From the human T2T-CHM13v2.0 reference genome, Homo sapiens: DNA of 64,000 nucleotides. Within the stretch, counting starts at the first letter, position 1. Every line of letters begins with the position of its first letter. Of the stretch, positions 48,968 through 64,000 are shown in pieces. The stretch is taken from the NCBI RefSeq assembly GCF_009914755.1, contig NC_060929.1, one strand, 5' to 3'. The notes under the pieces are model-generated. The model was not told the origin of the DNA. It made no database searches and saw only the letters and a program-made list of their open reading frames with translations. A program made the translations under genes and the position numbers.

Positions 48968-49311
48968 GATGTATAAAACACCCATGTCAATAAAAATTAA
49001 ACAATGAGTTGGGTTTAAATTAATTACATTTCCAATTCAAGTTATAAAAAACAAAAGAAAACACAAGGAAGAAAAGAATAAAGACAAAACTAAAAAGCAA
49101 TAAAGCCAAGAACTGAAAAACAGCAGATCAAAATAAAACAAAATACGGATTCTTTGAATAAAGTCAGAAAATAGTCAAGCCATGATCTAATTTAATTAAA
49201 AAATACGTGGGGAGGAGTAAGCACAAATATGCAGAATAAGAAATGGCAAGGGAAAGAGACTATTACTACAGAGGAAGCCAGACAGTCATAAAAGACTCCT
49301 GTGCACACATA

Positions 49312-50100
49312 CCTCTTAGCCCATTTAGGCTGCTATAACAAAATACCGTAAACTGGGTAGCTTACAAACAACAGAATTTATTTCACACAGTTCTGAAGGC
49401 TGGGAGCCTAAGATCAAGGCAAGCAGATTTGGTATCTGGTGAAAGACCTGTTTTCTGATTCATAGATGGTGGCTTCTACCTGTGCCCTCACATGGTGGAA
49501 GAGGTGACAGAGCTCCTTTGAGCTGACTTTCTAAGGGCACTAATCCCTGTGAATATTGTCAGAATCAAAATGAGTCACTTGTGTTAAAAAAAAAAAAAAA
49601 TCCCGAAATGCAGAGCCGGGAAGGCCATGAAGGCCTGACAACAAAAGCTATCACAAAAGACTGCAAAACCCATGACCGTGCACAAAGGCACAACCTTACA
49701 CAAAATAATTCTTCTGCGAGGACATCTGCCCAGCAACTGCCTGTCCAAACTTGGACTGACGCCACCCTTGTTATTGATCCTTTTAGCCAAAGATAATTAT
49801 CTCAAAAGAATTATGTAATCCCTCTCATTTTTTCTTTAAAAACTTTTGTCTTCCTTTACCTCCCTCAATATGCATGTAGTTTACTATTGTGGGTATATTC
49901 CCATTGCAACACCCATTTCCAAATATGATTTAGAGAGTCTCCCTCTCTGTTTGTTATTTAGGATGACATAACATTCATGGGGCTCCACCCTCATGACTTA
50001 ATCATTTCCCAAGCTCCACTTCTTAATACCATCACCTCAGGGGTTAGAATTTCAACATAAGAATTTGGGGAGGGACACAAATATTCAGACCATACCACAC
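49312..50100 (-). mobile_element. MLT1A-like MaLR LTR split by a younger LTR
   Basis: TCTTAGCCCATTTAGGCTGCTATAACAAAATACC...GGCACTAATCCC | ATTCATGGGGCTCCACCCTCATGAC...GGGACACAAATATTCAGACCATA. Confidence 0.8.
49548..49968 (+). mobile_element. LTR47/MER72-like solo LTR nested in the MLT1A
   Basis: TGTGAATATTGTCAGAATCAAAAT...GGACATCTGCCCAGCAACTGCCTGTCC...TTGTTATTTAGGATGACA; TG...CA ends. Confidence 0.7.
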
Positions 50101-50395
50101 ACCTCTATGCAAAGAAATTTGAAAACCTAATGAAATGGATAATATCTCAGTAAAATATAGTTGAACAAAATCGACCTCACTGAAAAGTTAAATCAATTTC
50201 AAGGAATAAATATGGCATGCTATCAAGGAACTAACTCACATCAGCACCAAGCTCAGATGGTTTCACAAGAGGATTTTATAAAAATGGTTAACAAATAAAT
50301 AGGGCTATTACTACATAAATTATTCCAGAGAAGAGAAAATGAAGGTGATTTTTTTTTGTATCCTTGACCAAATGAAGGGAAATTTCTAAATTCTA

Positions 50396-50779
<384 letters not shown>

Positions 50780-51258
50780 CTAAATATCACCTCCTTTGAG
50801 AATAAAAATAAATAATGTTAAATAAAATGTTAGCAAACAGATTCAAATACCACATTAAGAAAATGATAAACCATGACCAAGTGGAGTTAATAATGAAAAT
50901 GTGAGATGAGTCCAATATTGCAAAATCTTTTTTTTTTTTTTTTCCCAGAGTTTTGCTGTTGTTGCCCAGGCTGGAGTGCAATGGCACAATCTCAGCTCAC
51001 CGCAACCTCCGCTTTCTGGGTTCAAGTGATTCTCCTTCCTCAGTATGAGCCACCACCCTGGCTAATTTTGTATTTTTAGTAGAGATGGGGTTTCTCCATG
51101 TTGGTCATGCTGGTCTTGAACTCCTGACCTCAGGTGATCTGCCCGCCTCAGCCTCCCAAAGTGCTGGGATTACAGGCATGAGCCACCATGCCCAGCAGCA
51201 AAATCTTTTAATATAATTAAACATATTTGTAGATCTAAGAAGAAAAATCATATGATCA

Positions 51259-51573
<315 letters not shown>

Positions 51574-52432
51574 TCAAAAAAAAAAAAAAAAAAGAAGAAA
51601 ATGTTTTGAGAATCTGTCTCAAAACAAACAAACAAAAAACAAACAAACAAAAAAAGCTTTGACAAAACCAAGCATCCATTGTGAAAAAGTAACAAACAAA
51701 AACCAAACAACAAAAAACTCTTGAAAAACACACTAAAAACATATATACGTTAGTCCTAAAGCCAGTATCTTACTTAAGGGAAAACACTAAAGATCAGGAG
51801 TAAGACAAGGAAACTCATTAGTTTCACTACTATTTAACATTGTCCTGGAGGTATAAGCCAATGCAATTAGACAAGAAAAGTCAAGTTAGGCATAAGAATT
51901 GGAAAAAATATATAGTAAGTATCTCTGTATGCCAAAGGTATGATAGCATACCTGGTGAATCCCAGAGATTCGTTGATAATGTTCAAACAGTAATAGCATT
52001 CTGCAGGTATAGTATATAAAATTAATATATAAAATTTAATAGCTTTCATCCAAACAATAATTAGAGCATAATCTTGCAGGAAAAATCATTTACAATGATG
52101 ACAAGGAAGATAAAACATTTAGGAATAATGTTAACAAGAAATGCACAACATGTGTATGGGAAAACTTTGAAACATAAGAAGTAGACTTGAAGCTGGTGCA
52201 TGCCTCTAGTCCCAGCTACTTGGGAGGCTGAGGTGGGAGGATTGCTTGAGCCCAGGGTTTTGAGTCTAGCCTCTTGGGAAAAAAAAAAGCAGACTAGAAT
52301 GAATGGTAAAACGTTCCTTGCTCTTTGATAGAGTGATTCAACTTACTCCCCAAATTCATTTATGATATTAAACTGGGCCCCATAAAAATACCAAAAAATT
52401 TTGTTTTAATGATATGGACAAGTTGATATTAA

Positions 52433-52576
<144 letters not shown>

Positions 52577-53609
52577 TAAGTAGCTGGAATTACAGGCGCC
52601 TGCCACCACACTCGGCTAATTTTTGTATTTTTAGTAGAGACAGGGTTTCATCATATTGGTTAGGCTGGTGTCGAACTCCTGACCTCAGGTGATCCACCCG
52701 TTTTGGCTTCCCAAAGTGCTGGGATTACAGGCGTGAGCCACTGCTCCTGGCCTGGAATTTTTAATAAGTAGTATTGGGGCAACTGAAAAACCATTTGGAA
52801 AAGATAATAAAATTAGATTCATTCCTAATCCCACACACAAGAATAAACTCAAAATAGATCAGAGTTTTAAACATAAAATATGAAACTGTATGTCTAGACA
52901 AGAACTAGATGAAAATATGGGTAAATTCTATAACTTAGATGCAGGGAAAGTCTTTTAAATTGCGTCTCAAAATCCAGATACAATACAAGAAAAATAGATT
53001 CATTTAACTGTATAAAAATAAAACGTTTTGCATGACAAAAACACCCAAGCAAAGTCAAAAGATGAATAACCAACAAGGAGAAAATATTTGCAGTTTGCAT
53101 CACAGTTTTAAAAAGTCAAAATATATGAAGAAAAAAAGATCAAAAAACATCCTGTGGAAAATTTGACAAAAGGCATGACTAGACAACTCACACACACAAA
53201 AGTTATCCAATGGCCCTTAAACATACATAAATATGTTCAACAACTCATAATAAAAGAAATAAAAATTAAAACTACACTGAGTATTGAATGTCGTAAGTAA
53301 ATGCTTTTATTTATCAATTGATTTCCCACAAAGGTGCCAAGGCAATTCAATGGGAAAAAAATAGTCTTTCAACAAATAGTACTAGGACAACTGGATATCC
53401 ACATGAAAAAGAATGAAATTGGACTCTTGCTTCACATCCTGTAACAAAATTAACTCAAAATGAATCAAAGACCTAAATATAAGAGCTAAAACTATAAAAA
53501 TTTTAGGAGAAAACCTTGAAAACATTATGCTAAGTGATAGAAGTCAGTTGAAAAAGGCCACTTAGTGTCTGATTGCATTTATATGAAATGTCCATAATTG
53601 GCAAATCTA

Positions 53610-53999
<390 letters not shown>

Positions 54000-54002
54000 T
54001 TA

Positions 54003-54422
<420 letters not shown>

Positions 54423-57400
54423 TTACATTGTACACTTTAAATGGGTGGATTTTATGGCATGTAAATTATGTATCAAAAAATTGTTTTTAAAAAACTACAC
54501 TGAGATATCATTTCTCACCTGCCAGCTTGGCAAGAATTCAAAATCCTGACAGTTCACTGTATTGGTGAGTCCACGGGGAAACCAGCACTCTCCTATGGTC
54601 CAACCACTAGAGAAGGGAATTTGGCAATACCTAACAAAACCACATATGCACTTACCCTTTAACCCAATATTCCCAGTAACATTCCCACTTATGGTGACTT
54701 ACCCAAAAGATAACACTTCCTACAGTAGAAAACTACATATGCAGAAGTGGGGCCAGGTGCGCTCATGTCTATAATCCCAGCACACTGGGAGGCTGATGCG
54801 GGAGGATTGCTTGAGTCCAGGAGTTCAAGACTAGCCTGAGCAACAGAGTGAGACCCCCGTCTCTGCAAATAATAAAAAATTAGCCAGGCATGGTGGTGCA
54901 AACCTGTGGTCCCAGCTACTTGGGAGGCTGAGGCCAGAGAATTGCTTGAGCCCAGGAAGTCGAGGCTGCAGTTAGCTGGGATAGTGCCACAGCTCTCAGC
55001 TTGAGCAACAGAGTGAGACCCTGTCTAAAAAAAAAAAAATGCAGAAAAGTTTTCATTGCTGTATTGTTTATAATTGCAAAACACTGAAAATGACCTCAAT
55101 ATCTAAATATAGGAAATAGGTTGAATAAACTATGATACCTACAAGGGATACTCTGCAGCTGCACAAAGAAAGAGGACAGTCTTATGTCCTCTTGTCATAT
55201 GGAGTGCTTCCCAAGATATTTTGTTCAGTGAAACAAGCAAAATGTATATTTAGAAAGAGGGAAAATATGAAAACAGACATATATCTGTTTACCTTTACTG
55301 AAAGAAACATGGAAAGTATATAACAGAACATAATGAAGTTGGTTATCTACAGTCTATTGGGCATTGGGAGTGGAGAATGAGCAGAAGGAATATGGAAAGG
55401 AGTGCCTTTCTCTCAGTGTCTCTCTCTTTTTTTTTTTTTTTTGTGAGACAGACAGTCTCGTTCTGTCACCCAGGCTGGAGTGCAGTGGTGCAATCTCGGC
55501 TCACTGCAAACTCCGCCTCCTGACTTCAAGTGATTCTCTGCCTCAGCCTCCCGAGTAGCTGGGATTACAGGAAGGTGCCACCACGCCTGGGTATTTTTTG
55601 TATTTTTAGTAGAGAAGAGGTTTCAACATGTTGGCCAGGCTGGTCTTGATCTCGTGACCTCAAGTGATCCAACCACTTCGGCTTCCCAAAGTGCTGGGAT
55701 TACAGGCGTGAGCTGCTGCACCTGGTCCCTTTCTCTGATTATACTTTTTTTTTGTATGGTTTTTCTTTTAGAAGCATTCTAATATTCTATATATTCAAAA
55801 ATAAAATTAAGGCTGGGCTCAGTGGCTCACGCCTGTAATCGTAGCATTTTGGGAGGCCAAGGCAGGCAGATCACCTGAGGTCAGGAGTTTAAGACCAGCC
55901 TGGCCAACATGGTGAAACCCCATCTCTACTAAAAATACAAAAAAATGCAGCCGGGCATCGTGGCGGGCGCTTATAATCTCGGCTACTCAGGAGGCTGAGG
56001 CAAGAGAATTGCTTGAACCTGGGTGGCGGAGGTTTGTAGTGAGCCGAGATTGCACCATTGCACTCCAGCCTGGGGGACAAGAGCGAAACTCCTTCTCAAA
56101 AAGAAAATAATAAATAAATAAATAAAATTGAATCAACAAGAATGCGGATACCCGAAACACCTAAAACTAAAACAAATTGATTTAACAACATTTCTGATGA
56201 ATAATATAACCACATTGAAGGAAAGAAAAGAACTAATCCAAGTAACTTAGGAGCACACTATTTGTATACATGTCCTTGGTTTTTGTCAGGGTTGGGGTTG
56301 GGAAGCAAATTGCAAACAAACCCCGAATCCCTTTTTGTTAGATTTGATTTTTATACTGAAATGAGCAAAACAACACAAAAACTATCTTAGGTATATAACA
56401 AGATTGAGCAAATGAATGGATACATTTCTATTATTGGGAGCCAGGGTTCTCATTGCGGGGGAAGGGAGATCTAAGGATGGGGGAAAGTCAAGAAATCAGT
56501 GGAGATGGGCTAAAATGGAATGTTTTAGTGTTAGCTCACACTTTCTAAAATATATATAAAAATGTTTTAGCCAAGTGTGATGGTTCATGCCTGTAGTTCC
56601 AGCTACTCAGGCTGAGGCAGGAGGATTACTTGAGCCCAGGAGGTCGAGGCTGCAGTGAGTTATAATAGTGCCACTGTACTCCAGCCTAGGCGACAAAGTG
56701 AGACCCTGTTTCAAAACAAAGAAAAAAAAAAGACTGGTTCAGGGAAAATCATCAATGGATGCTAAATTTATGAAGGAAATTTTAATGTAGCACTTGATAT
56801 TTATTTGACTGTCTTAAAATATCTTGCCGTAGATTGCTTATTTGTTGCAAGAGAAAAAAATAGTAACTGTAGAGAAGAAAAAAATTGACAACACCTTGAC
56901 CAAATGATCAAAATTAACATCACCAAAGTGGGGCAGATGGACACCTTGTGCCTTCGAATGGGATACCCTGAGAGTGATGGAGCACCACGTGTACGATGTT
57001 CAGACTGGGGATGCATAGCCTGAATGGAATCATGAGGAAATAACAGTCAAATGCAAATGGAGGGACATTCTGTAATAAACATGAGGGCTCTATTTTTAAA
57101 AAGGTCAATGTCATTAAAGTTAAAGAACAGCTGAGAAACTGTTTCAGATTACAGGAGATTAAAGAGACACAATTCAATAAAGGACATGATTGGGTCAATT
57201 GATAGAACTGGAATATAAATGGTAGGTTAGATAAATATATTGTATTGGTGTGAAATTTCCTGAAGTTAACAACCGCTCTGTGATTATATAATAAAAGAGA
57301 ATGTTCTTATTCTTAGGCAAAACATGCTGATGTATTTAGGGGAAGAAATGCGTGATATATGCAACTTATTCTCAAATGTTTCCTCCCCAAAATTTACATA

Positions 57401-57521
57401 CAAGAGAACCAGTGGAGCTGGGCTGGGTGGCTCACACCTCTAATCCCAGCACTTTGGGAGGCCAAGGGCGGGGGGTGGCAGGGGGATCACTTGAGCCAGG
57501 AGTTTGAGACAAGCCTGGTTA

Positions 57522-57797
<276 letters not shown>

Positions 57798-57849
57798 TCA
57801 AACAAATTTTTTGAAATTATTTCCAAATAATTTATGCTACCGCATGTGT

Positions 57850-58560
57850 CTTCAGGTCAGCTGAGGCTAATTAATCAGTTGGCTTTCACTCCAGCAGAGG
57901 GTTGCGTCCAGGCCCACCTCAGGTGTCTCTCATCTTCCTTGGACCACTGGGCTAGGCAGAATATGGTCCTCTCATGATTAAGGCACTAGTACAAGAAAGG
58001 AGGCACAGCCAACTGCAGAAACACAGGTGGGGCCCACTGCTGCGTCACATCTGGCAACATCCCACTGACCAAAGCAAGTCACATGGTCAAGCCCAAAGTC
58101 AGAGTGGGGAAGTACATTCTGTCTTTAAAAGCAAACCAAAACAAATTGATTTAACAGCATTTCCGATGAATAATATAACCACATTGAAGGAAAGAAAAGA
58201 ACAAATCCGTATGAGGACACTATATATTTGTCCTTGGTTTTGGTCAGGGTTGGGGTTGGGAAGCAAATTGCAAACAAACCCTGACTTCTGTTTTATTAGA
58301 TTTGATTTTTGTACTGAAATGGGCAAAACAACACAAAAATTATCTTTGGTATATTATAGGATTGAGCAAATGAGTAGATTTGATAGTAGACATTGATATT
58401 ATTGGAGGCCAGGGTTCTCACTGCGGAGGAAGGGAGATGTAAGGATGGGGGAAGGCCAGGAAGTACTTGGTGGGAGAGAGCGCAAAGTCCCAGGCAAGAG
58501 GTGTGGACACATGGAGGGGTGAAAAACTGGGACCAATAATAAATAGTTCAACCTACCACA
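57850..58560 (-). mobile_element. Old MLT1-family LTR interrupted by a duplicated L1 segment
   Basis: CCAAAGCAAGTCACATGGTCAAGCCCAAAGTC...GGGAGAGAGCGCAAAGTC...CTACCACA, typical of the MLT1 reverse strand. Confidence 0.7.
58133..58462 (+). repeat. Direct diverged duplicate of 56163-56494
   Basis: Shared blocks GATGAATAATATAACCACATTGAAGGAAAGAAAAGAAC, GTCAGGGTTGGGGTTGGGAAGCAAATTGCAAACAAACCC, GCAAAACAACACAAAAA, GCCAGGGTTCTCA, TAAGGATGGGGGAA. Confidence 0.92.
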
Positions 58561-58944
58561 GGTGGCCAATGTGAATACATGGTAATACATGGTAGCTATT
58601 TAGAAAAATATTTGTTAAATTACAGCAAGCCAGGAATCTAAGTTAGTAGGGATGAAAATATTGCTTTTGGCTCTGAAAGGGCAATGTCTCAGCTAACAAG
58701 TAGCAAAGAGAGAGGCTGATTCCCCCAGCCTGCCTAATTATTGAGGCATCATCTCTACTTACTGAAAAACCACGGCAAGGAGGCTGTCCAAGTTCAAGTG
58801 CCTGATTTGATCTTTCCATGGGAGGAGCAAGCTCAGGGAGATGACAAAGAACAGATAGATGCATATGATGGAATTCCACATTGTTCATTTATGCTGGGGA
58901 AATTAACCACCCACTCAGTCCTGGTCACAGGGTCTCCCTTCTGA

Positions 58945-59109
<165 letters not shown>

Positions 59110-59899
59110 TGAGTACCTGGGATTACAGGCGCCCACCACCACGCCCGGCTAATTTTTGTATTTTTAGTAGAGACAGGGTTTCGCCATGTTGGCCAGGCTG
59201 GTCTCAAACTCCTGACCTCAAGTGATCAGCCAGCCTCGGCCTCTCAAAGTGCTGGGATTACAGGCGTGACCCACCGCGCCTGGCCCCAGCTATAGTTTAG
59301 ACGGTTGCTGGTTAAGCAAATAATTCGAGCAGATGGAATTGGATCTTCCTAAGGAATGTTCCTATTATCTTGTGACTTTTCTTTCTCTAGTCTACAAATA
59401 AGAAGATAAACTTTTCTCTGGATAACTGGAAAGAATCCTAGAAATCAGAGTATTGTGCCCTTTGAAAAATATTGAAGAAACTCTACAAAGTCTTGCTCTT
59501 CAACACAGTTTTTTGGACTCCATACAGAACACTCTGCATTATGACCAGACAATGGACTTATTGCCACGGTGGAATAAAGGTTAGATTTTAATCTGTGTAG
59601 TTTGTGCCTGCCCAGTATTCGTTCATTCTTCCTCCAGTAGTGAAGGCCAGAATTCCCTCTGAAGAGCCAGTTCCTCCCATCTATGACTCTTAGTCCATCT
59701 GATTCTGGTGGAGCCCACTTCTTCCCCACTCCAGCGTGGTCCCAAGTCTCAGACTCAAGCCAATCAGTGCATCCCAAACCCAGGATTGCTCTAGGATGGT
59801 CATGTGATTCAACTAAGCTAAGAAGAGGCAGATCCAGGACTTTAAAAAACAAACAATAAACTCCTGAAACAACTCCCCAAATAACCAATAAATTGTTAA

Positions 59900-60184
<285 letters not shown>

Positions 60185-61016
60185 TGAGCCACCATGCCCT
60201 GCCAACCAATTGTTTAGAAGAGCCTTTTCTTCTGCCCATGAATTTTGGAGGAAGTAAACTTGCAGCTGCTTGGAGTCCCTAAAAGGGAAAAAATTGGGGC
60301 TGCTCTCCAGTTGGCGAGAGCCTACCCAAGCGGGACACTAACATAGAGGAAAATACAGCTGAGAAAGAGGAAGAATCCAACCCCTGAGAAATAATCTGAG
60401 CCAAATTCAGCAATGCTTGAATCTACCCCGTGGAATTTTCAGTTTCGTAAGTCAGTAGTTTTAAATTTTATTTCCTGTAAGTCTCAGTTGAGTTTCTCTC
60501 ACTTGAGGGTAGGAAAGGTTTTATTTGTCTTTGTCTCCCAAGTACTCAGTGTTAACTCATAAAGAAGCATCCTTGTGTGCCATATTAAAAGACTTAGGGC
60601 TGGGCGAGGTGGCTCACTCCTGTAATCCCAGCACTGGAGGCTGAGGCAGGCGAATCACTTGAGGTCAGGAGTTTGAGACCAGGCTGTCCAACATGGTGAA
60701 ACCTTGTCTCTATTAAACATACAAAAATTAGCTGGGTGTGGTGTCAGGTGCCTGTAATCCCTTTTACTCGGAAGGCTTAGACGAGAGAATCGCTTGAACC
60801 CCGGGAGGCAGAGGTTGCGGTGAACCAAGATCGCGCTACTGCACTCCAGCCTGGGGGACAGAGTGAGATGCCATCTCAAAAAAAAAAAAAAAAAAAAAAG
60901 GCTTAGGCTTGATCCCCGGCAAGTGAGGAGTAACTGAGGAGCTGTAAGCAGCAAAGCTATATGAAGCGTTTCATGCATTGGAGCTATGGGTGGGTAGACC
61001 TTTCAAAAGCAAGCAG

Positions 61017-61122
61017 TGGCGTGAACCTGGGAAGCGGAGCTTGCAGTGAGCTGAGATCGCGTCACTGCACTCCAGCCTGGGCGACAGAGCGAGACTCCGT
61101 CTCAGAAAAAAAAAAAAAAAAA
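61017..61122 (+). mobile_element. 5'-truncated AluY-like insertion
   Basis: TGGCGTGAACCTGGGAAGCGGAGCTTGCAGTGAG...poly(A); flanked by AAAAGC(C)AAGCAGTGGC on both sides. Confidence 0.85.
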
Positions 61123-61627
61123 GCCAAGCAGTGGCAGACATGAAATCTTTACCTCATAGCCCCACCCAGCTGAAATTACACACCCTCTGACAACAGGAGG
61201 CCAGGGACCAAACTGAGTTGTACACTCCCTGTATAGGTATGTAAGAGATAGGGCTTCTGTTCTCCCCATTCCTCCCTCTCACCATACCTGGACTGCTTTT
61301 GGAAGGAAACTTCTAGGGGTCCATGAGGCAGGCCTGCACACATTCCAAGCAGGCAGTAAAGCGCATTTCATTCTGCATGGTGTCATCAGGCATTCGTTAA
61401 AGGAATATATGACCTGTGGGTGATTAAAATCTAATGAAAACAGGCATTCTCAGAATGACTTCCAGAATCCAGGCAAGAGAGCACTGTTAAATGTCTGGAA
61501 ATTATTGTACAGTTAAAGCACCCACACTCCCTTCTCTCCCAGACAACCCTGGGTCAGAATTGATCTTCCCTGTCTTTGTTCTTCTACTGTGCTCATAATC
61601 TCTCAAGTGCAACACGGATCGTGATAT

Positions 61628-62196
61628 TGTCAGAGGTGTGTGAACCAGAACAACTCTGTCTTGAATAGGAGCTGAGTAAAGTGAGGCTAAGACCTGCTGG
61701 GCTTCATTCCCAGACTGTTAAGGCATCCTGAGTCACAGGATGAGATAGGAGGTCAGCACAAACACAGATCATAAAGACCTTGCTGATAAAACAGGTTGCA
61801 GTGAAGAAGCCGGCAAAAACCCACCAAAACCAAGAAGGCCACGAGAGTGATCTCTGGTCATCCTCACTACTACACTCCCATCAGCATCATGACAGTATAC
61901 AAATGCCATGGCAATGTCAGGGAGTTACCCTATATGGTCTAAAAATGGGAGGCATGAATAATCCACTCCTTGTTTAGCATATCATCAGGGAATAGCCATA
62001 AAAATGGGCAAACAGCAGCCCTCAGGGCTGCTCTGTCTATAGAGTAGCCATTCGTTCATTCCTTTACTTTCCTAATAAACTTGCTTTCACTCTACTCTGT
62101 GGACTTTCCCTGAATTCTTTCTTGCGTGAGATCCGAGAACCCTCTCTTGGGGACCGAGACCCCTCTCTTGGGGACCGAGACCCCTTTCCGGTAACA
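61628..62196 (+). mobile_element. MER41A solo LTR (ERV1)
   Basis: TGTCAGAGGTGTGTGAACCAGA...GTCACAGGATGAGATAGGAGGTC...AATAAACTTGCTTTCAC...CCCTTTCCGGTAACA; the GGGAGGCATGAATAATCCAC junction is the MER41A form. Confidence 0.88.
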
Positions 62197-62363
62197 GCAT
62201 GACTGTAAAGTGGAGTTGCTTTGTCTATATTCCCTTCTAGAGGTGAACCTTGAGGTCAGGGACAGTCTTACTCATCTTTATGGTCCCCTGCACACCCCCA
62301 CAATGCCCTTAATACCCAGTTGTTCAATGGACTTGGTGAAATTTGTAATCTCTAAATAGGCCT

Positions 62364-62794
62364 TGTGAAACCAAACTACATATGGCCTGAGAAGGATTCT
62401 GTACGTCTTTATTTGAGTCTTTGTGGACAAACTGCAACCTAACTTAGTAAGTAGACAAGATTGAAAACCTAACTTAGGAGTATGCGCCTGTAACAATAGC
62501 TGAGTCCTGGCCAATCCCAGTGGCCATCCTTCAACCACTCATACACTGCTGAGTGTTCAAACTGTGTTCAAATAAGGCAAACGCCAACCTGTAACCAATC
62601 CGGCTGTTTCTGTACCTCACTTCTGATTTCTGTATGTCGCTTCCCTTTTTTTGTCTATAAATTTGTTCTGACCATGAGGCATCCCTGGAGTCTCTCTGAA
62701 TCTACTGTGATTCTGGGGCTGCCTGATTGGTGAATTGTTTTTTGCTCAATTAAACTCTCTTAAATTTAATTCAGCTCAAGTTTTTCCTTTAACA
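62364..62794 (+). mobile_element. MER66/MER57-like ERV1 solo LTR with perfect 4-bp TSD
   Basis: GCCT|TGTGAAACC...TTTAACA|GCCT; internal CCAAT boxes, TATAAA and ATTAAA; related to the proviral LTRs (CCTAACTTAGGAGTAT, GTTCAAATAAGGCAAA). Confidence 0.82.
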
Positions 62795-62800
62795 GCCTGA

Positions 62801-62974
<174 letters not shown>

Positions 62975-63044
62975 TGATTTAGTATTTTTAGTAGAGATGG
63001 GGTTTCTCCATGTTGGTCAGGCTGGTCTCAAACTCCCAACCTCA

Positions 63045-63512
<468 letters not shown>

Positions 63513-63868
63513 TTAACCCAGTCACTTAAGAAAATCGCTGGTTCATTGATTCACCTTCAGGCACAGCTGGATGCAGAGTTTCAAACAGTGTCACCTACAC
63601 TCTATTTTTGTTCTGCTTTCCTTTGTATTAGGCTTTGTTCTCCTGCAAGCTCTGCGCTTGAGATGACCAATATGGTTACTAGCATCTGTAGGCTAAATTC
63701 AGCCAGCTTGGCAAGTACAGTAGAAAAGAGCTCCCCAAGGTTGGGCGCGGTGGCTCACAGCTGTAATCCCAGCACTTTGGGAGGCGGAGTGGGAGAGAGG
63801 TGGTGGATCACCTGAGGTCAGGAGTTCGAGACCAGTCTGGCCAACATGGTGAAACCCCGTCTCTACTA

Positions 63869-64000
<132 letters not shown>

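Overview
Primate, almost certainly human, genomic DNA that is very Alu-dense. The only true protein-coding sequence is the first coding exon of UBTD2 on the minus strand (ATG at 29957, [23 protein letters not shown], donor after 29888), inside a CpG-island promoter at about 29400-30960. Bases 1-29887 are UBTD2 intron 1, which holds a full-length processed KLF3 pseudogene (KLF3P1-like, 68-2065) flanked by a 16-bp TSD. The upstream intergenic half is a stack of transposon fossils: a degenerate ERV1 provirus (two LTRs, tRNA-Leu PBS, PPT, integrase and env remnants, 40254-48967) inserted in an old L1, solo LTRs (LTR41-like, LTR47-like, MER41A, MER66/57-like), MLT1s, L1 fragments and many Alus. I see no credible new biological system of the prokaryotic type. 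The most notable structures are a CpG-gaining 32-bp minisatellite born from the integrase C-terminus, a local 330-bp templated duplication, the short-3'UTR KLF3 retrocopy, and tandem splice donors and uORFs at UBTD2 exon 1. Repeat subfamily names are from memory of consensus sequences and need RepeatMasker/Dfam confirmation. Almost all ORFs in the track are Alu or L1 translation artefacts.
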